A DNA stretch of 64,000 nucleotides from Salpingoeca rosetta (GCA_033442325.1 JAWQFM010000024.1:757716-821715), one strand, 5' to 3'. Counted from the first letter of the stretch, positions 1 through 13,135 are shown. Translations and numbers: made by a program. The notes: generated by a model from the letters alone, not told the origin.

Positions 1-744
1 TGACCATGAGGGCAAAGGCCGTGGTCTCCGGGCCCGTGTCCACGCTGCGGAAGTCGACTGTGAGCACCTTGCCCTTGTTGGGGCCGTCCAGCAGCTTGAT
101 CTTGGTGTCGTCGAGCACGTACACCTGCCCGTGCACGTCGTTGCCGTTGTTGTCGCGGATGACCACGGTGCTGTTCTTGAAGTCAAAGCCAAACTCGCCC
201 GACTTGTAGTTGGTCTGTGCCTGGATGCCACGGTACATGCCCACATATGACGGCGGGGTTGAGTTGGAGCAGCGCGCCTCGCATGCCACCAGCGGCTGGC
301 CGGGCGTCGACTCCTCGCACTGCATCGTCTTGGTGTTGCACGTGTAGTTCTTCTGCGGCTGTGGTGGTGATGGTGGGGATGGTGGTGATGGTGGCGATGG
401 TGGGGACGGCGGGGACGGGGGTGGAATCTGGCAGTTGTCGCACGCCTTGTGGAAGTCGGTGCAGTTCTTGATGTGCGGGTCGTGTGGGTGGCAGGCGGCG
501 CATGTCGGGTTTGATGGGTCGGACCGGTCGCAGCGGAAGAGCTGACCAGGTGGGGCGTTGCAGTTGGCGCACGCCTCGCCCTTGGATGCACAGCCGGGGT
601 CGTTCGGGTGCTTGCACTTGACGCACTGCATATTGCGAAAGCAGGGGGGGGGAGGAGGGTTGGAGAGAGGTGTGAGCGTGAGTGAGTGAGTGTGTGTGTG
701 TGTGTGTGTGTGTGCGTGTGTGTGTGCGTGTGCGTGTGTGTGTG

Positions 745-793
<49 letters not shown>

Positions 794-1618
794 GCGTGCA
801 TGTGTGTGTGTGTGTGCAGGGTCCTGTGTGTGTGTGTGTGTGTGTGTGTTTTGTTTTGGTTTGTCGTTGTGCGAGTTGCATGATATGATGTGTGTCACGT
901 GTGCGAGAAATCGGCGCAATGGGGTAAAGCTGACCTGGTATGTGGTCGTGTTACAGATGTAGGTGTCCGGGGTGACGAAGCAGTGGTCCATGCACGACGA
1001 GTAGTTGCCGTACATGCCACTGCCAGCAGGTGCCTGGGCACACTGGCCAGTCGTGTAGTTGCACTGGGCAAAAAAAGCCAGAAAGTGGCGAGGGGGAAGG
1101 AGGAGGGGGAAAGGAAACGTCAGCGTGAAGTATTGGTCAGTGAGAGCTCAGTAGTGAGTGCAACGAACAACATTCGTTCTCACAAAGTCACACCAGCCTC
1201 TCTGTACGTACATGACTCATCCGAGTCTCAACTCACTCATAGGTCTCTCCACTGGACTCATCTTTTCCTTCTTTTCCTTCTCTCCGCCCAAATACAGACA
1301 TACGGTGCACATGCGCTCGCACACACGCGTTCACGCGGCGGGTAGACGTACGTAGTAGCCAGGGGTACAGCCGGCGGTGTCGAAGATGGAAGGGCAGGAC
1401 CAGGAGTCACGGATGTCCACGCATTTGGTGCCGATGGTTTGGTTCTTGTAGACGACGTCCATGTGGCACCAGCCGCAGTACTTTGTGCCGTCGTTCAGGC
1501 ACTCTGTGCATGTTTGGAAGTCCTTGCAGGCCTTGGCAGAGGAAGGCTGTGCGCCAAACACGGCCACAGCAAATGCAGCAGCGAACACAGCCGCCACCAC
1601 AAAACGGACCGACACCAT
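1..1618 (-). CDS. Secreted or surface Cys-rich protein (signal peptide, PSI-like N-terminal module, Cys-rich repeats, (SPP)6 linker); 3' end runs off the window
   Basis: ATG at 1618 gives MVSVRFVVAAVFAAAFAVAVFG (signal peptide), then CKDFQTCTECLNDGTKYCGWC (PSI-like CxxC..CGWC). Exons ~1350-1618, ~935-1065 (CNYTTGQC..CMDHC) and 1-625 (Cys-rich, PPSPPSPP, then a beta-rich region), separated by GT-AG introns, the second containing (CA/TG)n. Confidence 0.75.
672..848. repeat. (TG/CA)n microsatellite, representative of dozens filling introns and intergenic DNA between 0.7 and 39 kb
   Basis: Direct reading; other long examples at ~20870-20965, 24690-24775, 28505-28600, 33305-33385 and 38226-38565. 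Confidence 0.95.
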
Positions 1619-2663
1619 CTGTTCGCACGTGTGTGTTGTGTCAGTGTGTTTTGGTGTTTAAGTGTGCGTGTGTCAGTGTGTGTGTGGTGTGTAAGTGTGA
1701 CGACGACAAGATCCAGGCAGCCAACAGTGGCCACAAACAGCGTCCTTTTGACACACTCACACACAGACACACACACAGACACAGATATTTGTGCAACGCC
1801 ACGCCACACGGCTACTCGATGCTGATCAGCACGCCACAAAGCCAAAACACCACTGCTTGTTGTGCAGAGGGAGTAGCCCTCGCTGCCAACACGTGCTGTT
1901 TCACAAAGACCCCCATCCCACACACAGACACAGACACCCTCCTTCACACTTGCACACACACACACACAGAGCACACCAAACGTACTCTGACTGATGTGTC
2001 GCGCAGTCTCGACGATGGGAGGAGAGGGTAAGCAGCACAAGCAAGGGGAGAAGGGTGTTGTTGTGTCGTCTTCGGTTTTCCTCAGGGAATGAATGGAGGG
2101 AAACAACAGCAGCGCGTCGCGTCGCTTCTTCTGTGTGGGAAAGTTTGGCGCACAGAAGAACAAAGCCAAGCCAGTGAAGAAGTGCGCAACCAACTTTTTT
2201 TGCGAATGCAATCATGTAAAGAAGATTAGCGGGCTCTTTGATGAATTCGATGGTATTTTAAGAGGGGTTTGGTGGTGCACTTTGTGGTGTTGTTTAAGTA
2301 TTGATGACTTCGCCACTTTTCGCGACCCAATTTTCCGGACGAATCTGCTTGAAGCATTCGTCACGTCAGTCGTGGTCTGCTTGACAAAGGCAGGACTGTT
2401 AGCGCGCAGCAGCGAAAAGGGGGGGAAAGCAGCAGCGATGGAATGCAGCACTGGTCATGTCACCCGAACCAGACCAAGCAAGGCACGCATTGTTCCTTCC
2501 TGCCTGCCTGCCTCACTTCTCCTACCACCACCACGACAACAACAACGACGACAACAACGACCAGAAGCACTCACCACGAAACATCAATCAAGCAAACCAA
2601 CCAACCCACAAAGCAAGCCAGCAACAAGCAATCCAACCGCGCACACAGAGGAACAAGCAGACG

Positions 2664-5600
2664 ATGATGCACCGCGGCGTCATCACGGCGCTGGTGCTGC
2701 TGCTGACAATGGTCAGCACAGCCACGCTCATGGCTTCTCCCTGCACCGCTCAAGGTACATGGATGTGTGTGTGTGTGTGTGTGTGTGTGTGTCATGTCCA
2801 CACAAGCAGGTGTCTGTTCATCCTCCTTACCGTTCTTACTCGAACCTTCGCTGACTCACGCAGCCAACTCAACTCAACAAACACAAAACCAACTCACCGA
2901 AACAAACCAAACGACCAAAAACACAGAAGTGGACGACGCTTGGTTGACAATAGACGCGAGCACGCGAACTCGAACCGTGACGCTCAGCTTGAGGCTTCAA
3001 GATGACGGTACCAGCAACGGCAACAAGGTGGCCACACAGCAGTCTGTCTCAGACAATCTCCTGCCGCAGCTGCAGCTCCAAGAAGGCGTGTTCCCGCCCG
3101 TCCCCATCAGCCTGCTCTCCCTCCAATTCGACCACGACGACAAATCAACCGTGCACCTGCATTTGCAGCCCAGCCAGCACCACACCACGGCAAACGCCGT
3201 CGCGTACACCCTCCTCGTCACCAACACCACGACATCACTGACCACCACCATCCCCGTCGCTGTGACCCGCGAGGGCGGCAGCGTCTCGCCACAATCGCTG
3301 ACCACGGGCAGCAACGCCTGCTTCTCCGACACCCTGTTCCTAAACGCCACAACACACATCGGCACCATCACCACGTGGCAGCAGATGCTCGCCCTCGCCC
3401 GCGCTCGCTGCGTGTCGTGGGCCGGCTCAATCCAACTCGAGCACATCAACCGCGCAAGCGCCGAGTGGGCGGCCGCGTTCGCCTCCCTGGCAGAGGTCGA
3501 GGGTACCCTCACCGTCAACAACTGCACTGGCTTTGGTGCCACGCACCTCACCCACTTGCGCGGTGTTGCAACAGGCGTCAGCAGCCAGCTGCGCCTCACC
3601 ACTGCGGACGACACATCCATTAACACCGAGCAGCAACAGCAGCAGCAGCAAGAAGAGGACCAAAGCAACCTCGACGTCGCCCTCGCCCTGACAAACAACC
3701 ACAACTTCTCCCTGGCCGGGGAGCACCTGTTTGACCTGTTTGCCACCATCAGCGTGGGCAGCATGCGCATCCGCAACAACGACCCGCCCCTCTGCCTCTC
3801 TGCCGAGGACACCGGTGGCTCGTGGTGGATCAACTCGGACCGCGTGGACATTGCATACGACGCGTCAACCTGCAAAGTCCCGTGTCCACTCTTCACCGTC
3901 GCCACCAACAACAGCGCTCCGCTCTGCTCGGCACGTTGCAGCGGCAGCGCGAGCGAGTGCCCGCGCCTGTGTGCTGGCGGCATCCTCTCCCAGCCCTCAC
4001 ACGTGCTCGCCATGCAGGGCTGCACGCGTGTCACGGACAACCTGGGCATCATCAACTTTCCCCTCGTCGCCGACTCCGTGCTCGACCCGCTGCTGAGCAT
4101 CACGCGCGTGGACGGCACGCTCATGGTCATCGACAACGCCTGGCTCGTGTCCCTCGGGCCCTTGCACAACATCCGTTCTGCCGAGCGCATCTTCATCCGC
4201 GGCAACCGCCGCCTCGTGGACGCGCGCCTGCCACACCTCCAGCAGTCCCTCACCGACAGCGTGTACGTCAGCGACAACGACCGCCTGTGCGAGCACGGCT
4301 ATCCGTTTGGCAGCGGGCCCTGTGCAAACGTGTCTGTTGTTGCAACGTTCCTCGTCCCCGAAATGACGTCAACTGCATTCCGCACGGACGACTTTGAAGG
4401 TGTGCTGGCAGATCTGCTGCCCACCTCTGAGGACGCTCGCATCTCCGCGTACCTGACGCTTCACAGCGATGCAACCGGAAGCGTGACTACAAGCATCCTC
4501 TCTGGCGCTTCCTCCCTCACACAGCTCTCATCGTCCTCGTCCTCATCTTCATCCACATCATCAACATCACCATCTATGCCCACCATCACTGCCACTGTCC
4601 AGTGCACGCTTGAGGAGAGCACACGCATTGCTGCCAACCTGACGGCAATTACCGCCTCTGGCATCCTGGAGCAGCGGCTTGCAGCGATTGTGTACGGGTT
4701 CGCCTATGCGCGCATCGCATTGCGTGATGCACCGACGAGGCTGCCTCAAGTGGGGTCCGGCGTCAACTATGGTATCTCGCTCAACTCTGTGTTGCGCACA
4801 GACAAGCTTGAGCTTGCCTGGTCAAAGCCCGTTGATGCAGAGGAGGCCAAGGTGGTCTACTACCGCGTGGAGTATGCGCCACGCGCGCCCCTGGAGCAGG
4901 TGAACGCGTTTGCTGCTCATCTTGCGTCATCGCGTCTCGTGTCTGGAGAAGCGGGCGTGCTTGCACGCATTTCTGAGGACGCGCTTGCACAGCTGTTCCA
5001 GTACAAGTCTCTCTCTGTCCGCGGCAAGCAGGCGGCCGGCATCGACACGTGCCAACAGGTCACGGGCAACGCCATCTCCCTGCGTGCACGCAACTGTCTC
5101 CAGCCCGAGCTCCGATACGAAGTGCGCGTCGTTGGTGAGTTACTACATCGTGCATTCACTGGCACACACGTACAATTGTGACTTTTGTGCTGTGTTTCTG
5201 CCTGTTTGTTGGTGTGTTTGTCTGTTTGTTTGCGTGTTTGTTTGTGTGTTTGTCTGTTTGTTTGCATGTTTGTTTGTGTGTTTGTCTGTTTGTTTGCGTG
5301 AAAACATGCGGCATCATTAAGAGCGCCATGGAGTATGTTGATGCAGAGGAGGCCAAGGTGGTCTACTACCGCGTGGAGTATGCGCCACGCGCGCCCCTGG
5401 AGCAGGTGAACGCGTTTGCTGCTCATCTTGCGTCATCGCGTCTCGTGTCTGGAGAAGCGGGCGTGCTTGCACGCATTTCTGAGGACGCGCTTGCACAGCT
5501 GTTCCAGTACAAGTCTCTCTCTGTCCGCGGCAAGCAGGCGGCCGGCATCGACACGTGCCAACAGGTCACGGGCAACGCCATCTCCCTGCGTGCACGCAAC

Positions 5601-8600
5601 TGTCTCCAGCCCGAGCTCCGATACGAAGTGCGCGTCGTTGGTGAGTTACTACATCGTGCATTCACTGGCACACACGTACAGTTGGTGTGTTTGTCTGTTT
5701 GTTTGCGTGTTTGTTTGTGTGTTTGTTTGTTTGTTTGCGTGTTTGTTTGTGTGTTTGTCTGTTTGTTTGCGTGTTTGTTTGCGTGTTTGTTTGCGTGTTT
5801 GTTTGTTTGTTTGTTTGTTTTGTGAAAATGTCAACAGCAGCATCTTTGCTTCTCCCACTCCCTCTGTAGTATCTGCAGCAGCACTAATATCATGGCTATC
5901 ATGTCTAACTCACCGTGGCAATCATTGTTGTCTTTCCACCCTGTTGCTTTCTTCATCTGTTGACAGGTCAAATTGGAACGCGTCGCGTCGAGAGCAATGG
6001 CATCATGACGCAAGCAGATGACCTCAACCTGTACGTACGCAATGCAACAGGTGCGCACAAGCGGGGGCGTGGCCCGGGCAGCGTCTCCTCTTCATCCGCC
6101 CGCGTCACGTGGCAGCGCCCGCAGCAGTCGTCGCGCTACACCGCAGATGTCCTCGGCTACCAGCTCCAAATCAGGTGCGTGCGTGTGCGTGTGTGCGTGT
6201 GTGCGTGTGTGCGTGTGTGCGTGTGTGTACATGTGTGTGCGTGTGTGTGTGTGTGTGCGTGCGTGTGTGTATGTGTGTATGTGTGGCGCATATGCCCGCA
6301 AGCGCCAACAACACAAAGCTTGTTTTTCCATGATATCACACCGCTGTCGTCGTCACAAACACATGTGCACACACATGTACAATCATCAGGCGATCTGGTG
6401 ACTTCAACGGGATCCTGGCAGATTCGAACCAGCTTGATACGTCGCGCTTCGAGAGCGAGCTGCTCACCCCAGATACGAAGCAGCGCGTGTATGTGCCAAA
6501 CAGCAGCAGCAGCAGCAGCGGGGGCGGCGGCGGCAACACAGACGAGGACGCCTCGTCATCCGCGTATGACCTCGAGGGCTGCTATTATGATTTTACAAGC
6601 AACACCACGCACTGCCTCAAGCCCTGGACAACGTACCAGGTGACGGTGCGCGCGCTCACGGCATTCCTTGGTCCGGGCGTCACCATTCACGTGACTACGC
6701 CCCGCGCCCGCCCAACAACGCCACCGCGCCTGCATACGGCCGACCACGCCGGCTCCCCGTCCTCTGTCACGCTGCAAGTGTCGCGTCCACAGCCGCTCAC
6801 CACCGTCATCACGGGGTTTCGTGTGGACTACACTAGCGAGCGCGGGGAGACGGGCGTGTACATGTACAACATAACTGAGCCCCTCACTAGCCAGCTGACC
6901 GTGCCAGACAGCCAGTTCAATATCCGCATCCCGGATCTCCTTCCCTACACCAAGTACGACTTCTCCCTCTCAGCCGTGAGTGCGGAGGGTTCAAGTCCGC
7001 TCTTGCTTGCAAGCACGCAGACCGATGAGGGCGTTCCCGGCAAGATGGCCCCGGTGTCCTTTGGCAACAAGCTGGAGAATGGCGAGTGGGAGGTGTCGTG
7101 GCAGCCGCTCGTGCCGGCACCTGGTGCCATCCTCCGGTACGACATCATCCAGGATGAGGACTTGCAAGGAAACGGCAGCGTGTCGCACTCGTTTGCTGGC
7201 AACGTCACTGCCGCCACAGTCAGCCTCCCTTCGCGCCTCATTCGCATCCGTGCCGTCACAGCGTACGTTCCTTCGTTTTGTGGCGTTTGTTGCATGTTGA
7301 TGAGAGGGAGGGTGTGAGAATTCGTGGGTGAGGAAGGATTGGGCGACGGATAGCGTGGGTGCAAAGCGGCGAAGAGGTGATGAATTTCGGTCAATCGGAG
7401 CAAGCTGGTGGAGTGTGTGTGTGTCTGTGTGCGTGTGTGTGTCTGTGTGCGTCTGTGTTTGTTCGTACACTGTCATCGATTCCCGCCTATATGCTTGCAT
7501 CCAAGGAGTGGTCACAAGTCACAACTAATCCATTGCTTGTCCATGTGCACTCATCTGTTCGTGCAATGTTTGATGTGACCACACAACCCCAATACTTGAC
7601 CAACTGACCCAACGCTCTCATTCCACCTTTCAATCTCAAAACAACCCTACAGGAAAGGCGAGGGTGAGTGGTCCGAGCTTCCTGCGCTTTCCTCTGGGTC
7701 CTCCAACTCCTTCCTCGACGTCCTGTTGTCGCCGGCGGTCGCGTCCGGCGCGGCTGGCGGGCTCTTGATGATCATCATCGTCATTGTGGTTGTTGTCGTC
7801 CGACGCCGCTCGCGCCGCCTGGAGAAGTTGGCCTCTGAAACGTTCAAGGCACCGCCCCCTGATGAGTGGGAGTATGATCCACAGCGGCTGTCGCTCGGCG
7901 CTGAGCTGGGCAAGGGCGCGTTTGGCGTCGTGTTTGAAGGCGTTGTCAACGGCATTCGCGAAATGAACGGCCTCGTCACGGTAAGCCATGACACGATCCA
8001 CAATCGACGCATTGGGGCATGCTGTATGCATTCGTGTGTTTGGTTTGGTTTGGTTTGGTTTGGTTGCTTTGGTTTGCTTTGGTTTGCTTTGGTTGCTTGC
8101 TTTGTTTTGCTTTGCTTGCTTTGCTTGTTTTTGTATGTTTGTTGTGTTGTGTTTATGCATGTGCCTGCGTATGTGTTGAGAGTAATGTAATGCTCGCTTC
8201 TTGTGGATCACACCCTCTTGTTGCTTTGCACGTCCTGCTAGCTCAGCGAACCCTCTTCCCGATTCATTGCATGCTCTCATTCCCCATCACATGCGCCATC
8301 ATATGCGCGCTCTTGTCCACGATTGCACCACAACAGGTCGCCGTGAAGCAGTGTTCGCCCGCAGAGGACGATGCCCTCACCATTGCAAACAAGAATGAGT
8401 TTTTGAAGGAAGCCACGCTCATGAAACAGTTCTCGGACCCGTTCCACCCAAATGTCGTGCGGCTCCTGGGTGTCATTACGCAATCTGAGCCACTCATGAT
8501 CATCACAGAGTTTATGGCCAACGGAGACATGCGCTCGTTCCTGCGCAAGAACCGGCCCCGTGACGGCAAGCCCGGCTCTCTCGCCATGTCCGACCTCGTT

Positions 8601-10963
8601 TTCATGGCAGCTGACGTAGCATCTGGCATGGCTTTCCTCTCCAGTCACAAATTCATCCACAGGTGAGCACACGAGACAGAGTGCGAGAGGATGGGGCTAC
8701 GGGGAAGAAGGCGGAGAAGCCGGAGGAGGGGTGAGAGATCAAGAGAGAAGGTAACAATGTTGTGTGGGGAGTGGGTCCAAATCGGTTGCCTGCACGCACG
8801 CATGAACGCGAACGCGTGCCACACCTATTATCTTGTGAGGCGCAATGTGGATGTTTTGAGTGTTACGCACTGGCCCGTCGTTGTTCGTATGTAACGCGCA
8901 TGTCCCCTCTTCTCGTTCCTTCTCACCATGCCCACTTTCGTCGCTCACGACCACAACTGCCTGCACGCTGTGCATCACACACCAACAACCACCAAACAGG
9001 GATCTTGCGTGCCGGAACTGCCTCGTTGCAGGGGACTTGACCACAAAGGTGGCAGACTTTGGTCTCTCGCGTTCGCTCAACTATGCCGACTACTACCGCA
9101 AAAACGGCCAGGCGCTGCTCCCAATCCGCTGGATGGATCCAAACACTCTCTGTAACGGCAGATACACCGTCGAGTCAGGTGTGTGTGTGTGTGTGTGTTT
9201 TGTGCATGCATGTGTTTGTGTGTGTGTTTGTGTGTGTGCGTGCGTGCGTGCGTGTGTGTGTGTGTTAGTGCATGCATGTGTTATTGTGTGTGTTTATGTG
9301 CATGCATGTGTTTGTGGCTTCAGCACTGATATTTTGCTCAAGGCTTGACTACCCTCCCCGATTTGAAAGCAGTGTCGTCCACGCGCTCTGTGTTGTGTTT
9401 TGTCTCTTCATCTCTTCCTCCACCTCACACACACCACACACCACACACCACACCACACCACACATCACACACACACACATCACACACACACACATCACAC
9501 ACACACACACAAATGGCAGATTTGTGGGCGATGGGCGTGCTGCTGTGGGAGACAATGACATATGGGTGCATGCCGTACCCGGGCAAATCCAATGCGCAGG
9601 TCTTTGAGGACGTTGTTGCCGGTGGTCGTCTTGATCAGCCGCCAGGGTGCCCGGATGGCGTGTTCGACATCATGTGGGAGTGCTGGCAGCTCGAAGACAG
9701 GCCTTCCTTCAGCGAGATGGAAAAAGTGTGTGCGTGTGCGTGGAGACCATGTGATTGGGAACGTGTGATTGAACTGATTACGATCGTGTGATTGAACGTG
9801 AATGCGCAGGTGCTTGTTTGTGTCTGCTTGCTTGGCTTTCCCCGCACACACTTTCACTGGTTGCAAGCCCCCCCCCCGGTTGCCTTCTCTCGCATCTGCT
9901 CATCGCTCACCATCACTCATCACCACCCACGCCCACCTCCTTGTCGTGAATGCTACAGCGTCTGACCAACCTGGGGAATATGCTGGAGGCACAAGAGCAA
10001 ACACCGCTTCTGGAGTGCAGCGTCGGCGGCAAGCTCGGCGTGTTTGCGAACGACCTCAACAACAACAACAACATCAGTGAGGTCACAGGCATGCCAACAA
10101 GCGATGGCGGTGCAGCCGCGGCTGCTGCTGGTGTTGGGCTCCACCTTCAACAACACGGCGATGATGACGATGATGATGACACAGCAGATGGCAATGTCCG
10201 CTATGCTGAGTGGCCCGGACAAATGGGCCGTGTCTCCAGTGCCGCCAAGTCCTCCGTCCAATACAACCATTACCAAGAGGGCGGGAACGCATATGTGCAG
10301 AATGACGCCGTTGGACGCGCACCCCTGAACCACCAAGAAAGGTGCTTTGATGCGCGCGTGTGTATGTGTATGTGTGTGTATGTGTGTATGTGTATGTGTG
10401 TGTATGTGTGTATGTGTCTGTGTGTGCGTGCGTGTGTGTATGTGTGTGTGCGTGTGTGCGTGTGCTATGGCTTGCCTGTGTTGTGGTGTATCAGCGTCTT
10501 GCGTCGCATCACAGCCAACTTCCTCTTCGCACCTTTTCACTAAATCGTCGCTCACTCACCATTCCTCACTCACCTCAATTTGTGGTTTGCTTCTGTTTTC
10601 AACAATTAGCTATTGCGATATGGCTGGCGTCAACCAGCCACCGACCAATGCGCGCCCAAGCATGCTGAACCCGTCTGCCGCCGCAGCACGTGCGAGTGCA
10701 ACCGTTAGTGCCTCGAGCGTGCCTGCAAGCAACGCCTCAAAGAGCCCGGCCACACTCTCCTCGCTGCTGAAGCAGAACAAGCTTGTCCTGCAATCTCCGC
10801 ACGATGACGACGATGATGACGAAGACTATGTGCCGGAAAGGTGAGACTTGGCAGCAACAACTGTGTTGAAGGGAGAGAGCATAGGGTGTCATATGGAAGC
10901 ACAAGTCACGAGCGAATACGACGTTGTCTGTTAATGGCCTTTGCAGTTTTGTGTTGCGGTTCA

Positions 10964-10999
<36 letters not shown>

Positions 11000-11355
11000 T
11001 CAAACGTTGCGCGAATTCTGTGCTCGCGTGTTCAACATCAAGTTCATTGGTCACTCATTGTGGTTGTCCTTTTCTTTTTCCTTGTCATTATCACCTTTGC
11101 TGTTTCTGTTGTCCTCGTGACAGCTACTGCGACATGCACAACGCAAATGTACCACGCCCCTCTGCGCCCAACCCGAACCCATACGCCGTGATGCAACAAG
11201 GAGCAAAGCAGTCGCCACCGCCCCCTCCATCGGCGAAAACGGCGATAGCCGCAGAGGCAGCACGCGCGCGCGCTCGCCCGAGCACCACCGCACACAGCAC
11301 CATCTCATATGCGACCATGGCGCTCCCACGCGGCAGCAGAACAGACGCCGTGTAG
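2664..11355 (+). CDS. Receptor tyrosine kinase: signal peptide, receptor L-domain/Cys-rich ectodomain, FN3 repeats, TM, tyrosine kinase domain, Tyr-rich tail
   Basis: Exons ~2664-2754, 2927-5134, 5968-6174, 6390-7262, 7653-7980, 8337-8662, 9000-9178, 9520-9726, 9959-10341, 10610-10840 and 11124-11355, with GT-AG junctions. Motifs: L-domain-like GCTRVTDNLGI..LLSITRVDGTLMVIDNAWLVSLGPLHNI; FN3 LKPWTTYQVTVRA and LLPYTKYDFSLSA; TM AGGLLMIIIVIVVVVV-RRR; kinase LGKGAFG, VAVK, HRDLACRNCLV, DFGLSR, LPIRWM, DLWAMGVLLWE. Confidence 0.92.
4831..5680 (+). repeat. Direct tandem duplication (~344 bp, offset 506) of the 3' part of RTK exon 2 plus its donor site
   Basis: 4831-5174 and 5337-5680 read identically (GTTGATGCAGAGGAGGCC...GGCACACACGTACA); each is followed by (GTTT)-rich sequence. 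Confidence 0.9.
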
Positions 11356-12072
11356 GCGTGCGGAATGTGTGTGTATGAGCACGTGAGTGAGCACGTGAGT
11401 GAGTGAGTGCGCGCGTGTGTGTGTGTGTGCACGTGAGTGAGTGGAAGTGAGTGAGTGGAAGTGAGTGAGTGAGTGTGATGTGTTTGTGAGAGGTGTGCCG
11501 CGCTGGGAGAGCTTAATACTGCGGTATAGGTTGGGGGGTCAGCCAGGGCTAGCATGTTGTGTTTATGTTTTGAACTCGAATAAGGAAGGGCGTCCCTGCC
11601 CACTTTGTGTCCATTAACGTACGGGTGCTTGCAAGCACAAAATACATGGTCAACAACACCCGAAGCAACCATAGCGACACGTATGGGTGGCAAGACAAGA
11701 CAAGCAATAAACAGCATGGGGCAAGCAAGCAAAGGGGTTGGGAAGAAGGAGAAGAACAAGAAGAGGAAAAGAACTGCAGCGCAAGGAAAACGCAGAAGCA
11801 GACACGTGCACAAGACCGGATGAAAGGACGGCAGGATGGCAGAAGCGAGGCATCACGCGGGTGCATGGGTGTCTCACGCAAAAGCACGCGACGAAAAGTG
11901 TTGTTACATGGCGCAAAGGGTTGCAAGGCATGTGCACGATGTCACAGCACACGGTGTCGCAGCACACTCACTCACGCACTCACTCACAGACACACAGACA
12001 CACAGAAAGAGAGAGAGACACACACACACACTCTCACAGAGACACAGACACTTGTGACACACAGACGAGGCT

Positions 12073-12577
12073 TCATTTGCGCTTGCCCACAATCTCGAGG
12101 ATGCGGATAAAGAGGTTGATCATGTCGAGANNNNNNNNNNNNNNNNNNNNNNNNNNNNNNNNNNNNNNNNNNNNNNNNNNNNNNNNNNNNNNNNNNNNNN
12201 NNNNNNNNNNNNNNNNNNNNNNNNNNNNNNGGAAACCAGCTATGCCCCTCTCGAGCAGTCTGAAGGCTCCCATTGTGGTGGAATTCGTTGCTTGCGCACG
12301 TCCTGCTAGCTCAGCGACACCCTCTTCCCGCTTCAATCGCATGCTCTCATTCCCCTTCACATGCGCCATCATATGCGCGCTCTTTCCACGATTGCACCAC
12401 ACCAGTTCGCCGTGAACCAGTGTTCTCCCCCAGAGGAGGATGCCCTCCCCTTGGCAAACAAGAATGAGTTTTTGAAGGAAGCCACGCTCATGAAACAGTT
12501 TTCGGACCCGTTCCACCCAAATGTCGTGCGGCTCCTGGGTGTCATTACGCAATCTGAGCCACTCATGATCTTCACAG

Positions 12578-12614
<37 letters not shown>

Positions 12615-13135
12615 CGGTAGAGTAAGCGAATGGTTGAATGGCAAGACAGCAGCTGTTTGGTGCAAGCGGTTGTCATGCAACGGAAGGCAAGTACAGACAC
12701 AGAACGGAAGAAAAGGCAAGGCACATAGGCAGAGGTACACACATACACACATACACACACACATACACACATACACACACACACACACACACACATACAC
12801 ACACATGCGCGCCTGCGTGTGTGACTTACGAGGGCAAAGCCGATGCCAATGAGGGAGAAGAGGAGCATGCCGAGAAGGCCATTGAAGATGGTAAAGTCGT
12901 ATTTGGTCTGGAAGGCAAACAGCGTCAGGCCAGCAACCACGGTGGTGGTGATGACCGCCGCTTGCAGCACCGAGTGGATCTGGTAGAACGTCACTGCCAA
13001 AATCAACCAGCAAGCAAGCAAGCAGCAACGCGTGTGCGATACGAGACGGTGTGAGGTCGGTGACGTGCACACACAGACACAGACACACAGACACACAGAC
13101 ACACAGACACACACACACGGACACACACAGACACA

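Noticed and set aside
11343-11355. RTK C-terminus TDAV as a class I PDZ ligand
   Set aside because: Position -2 is Asp rather than Ser/Thr, so the evidence is too weak.
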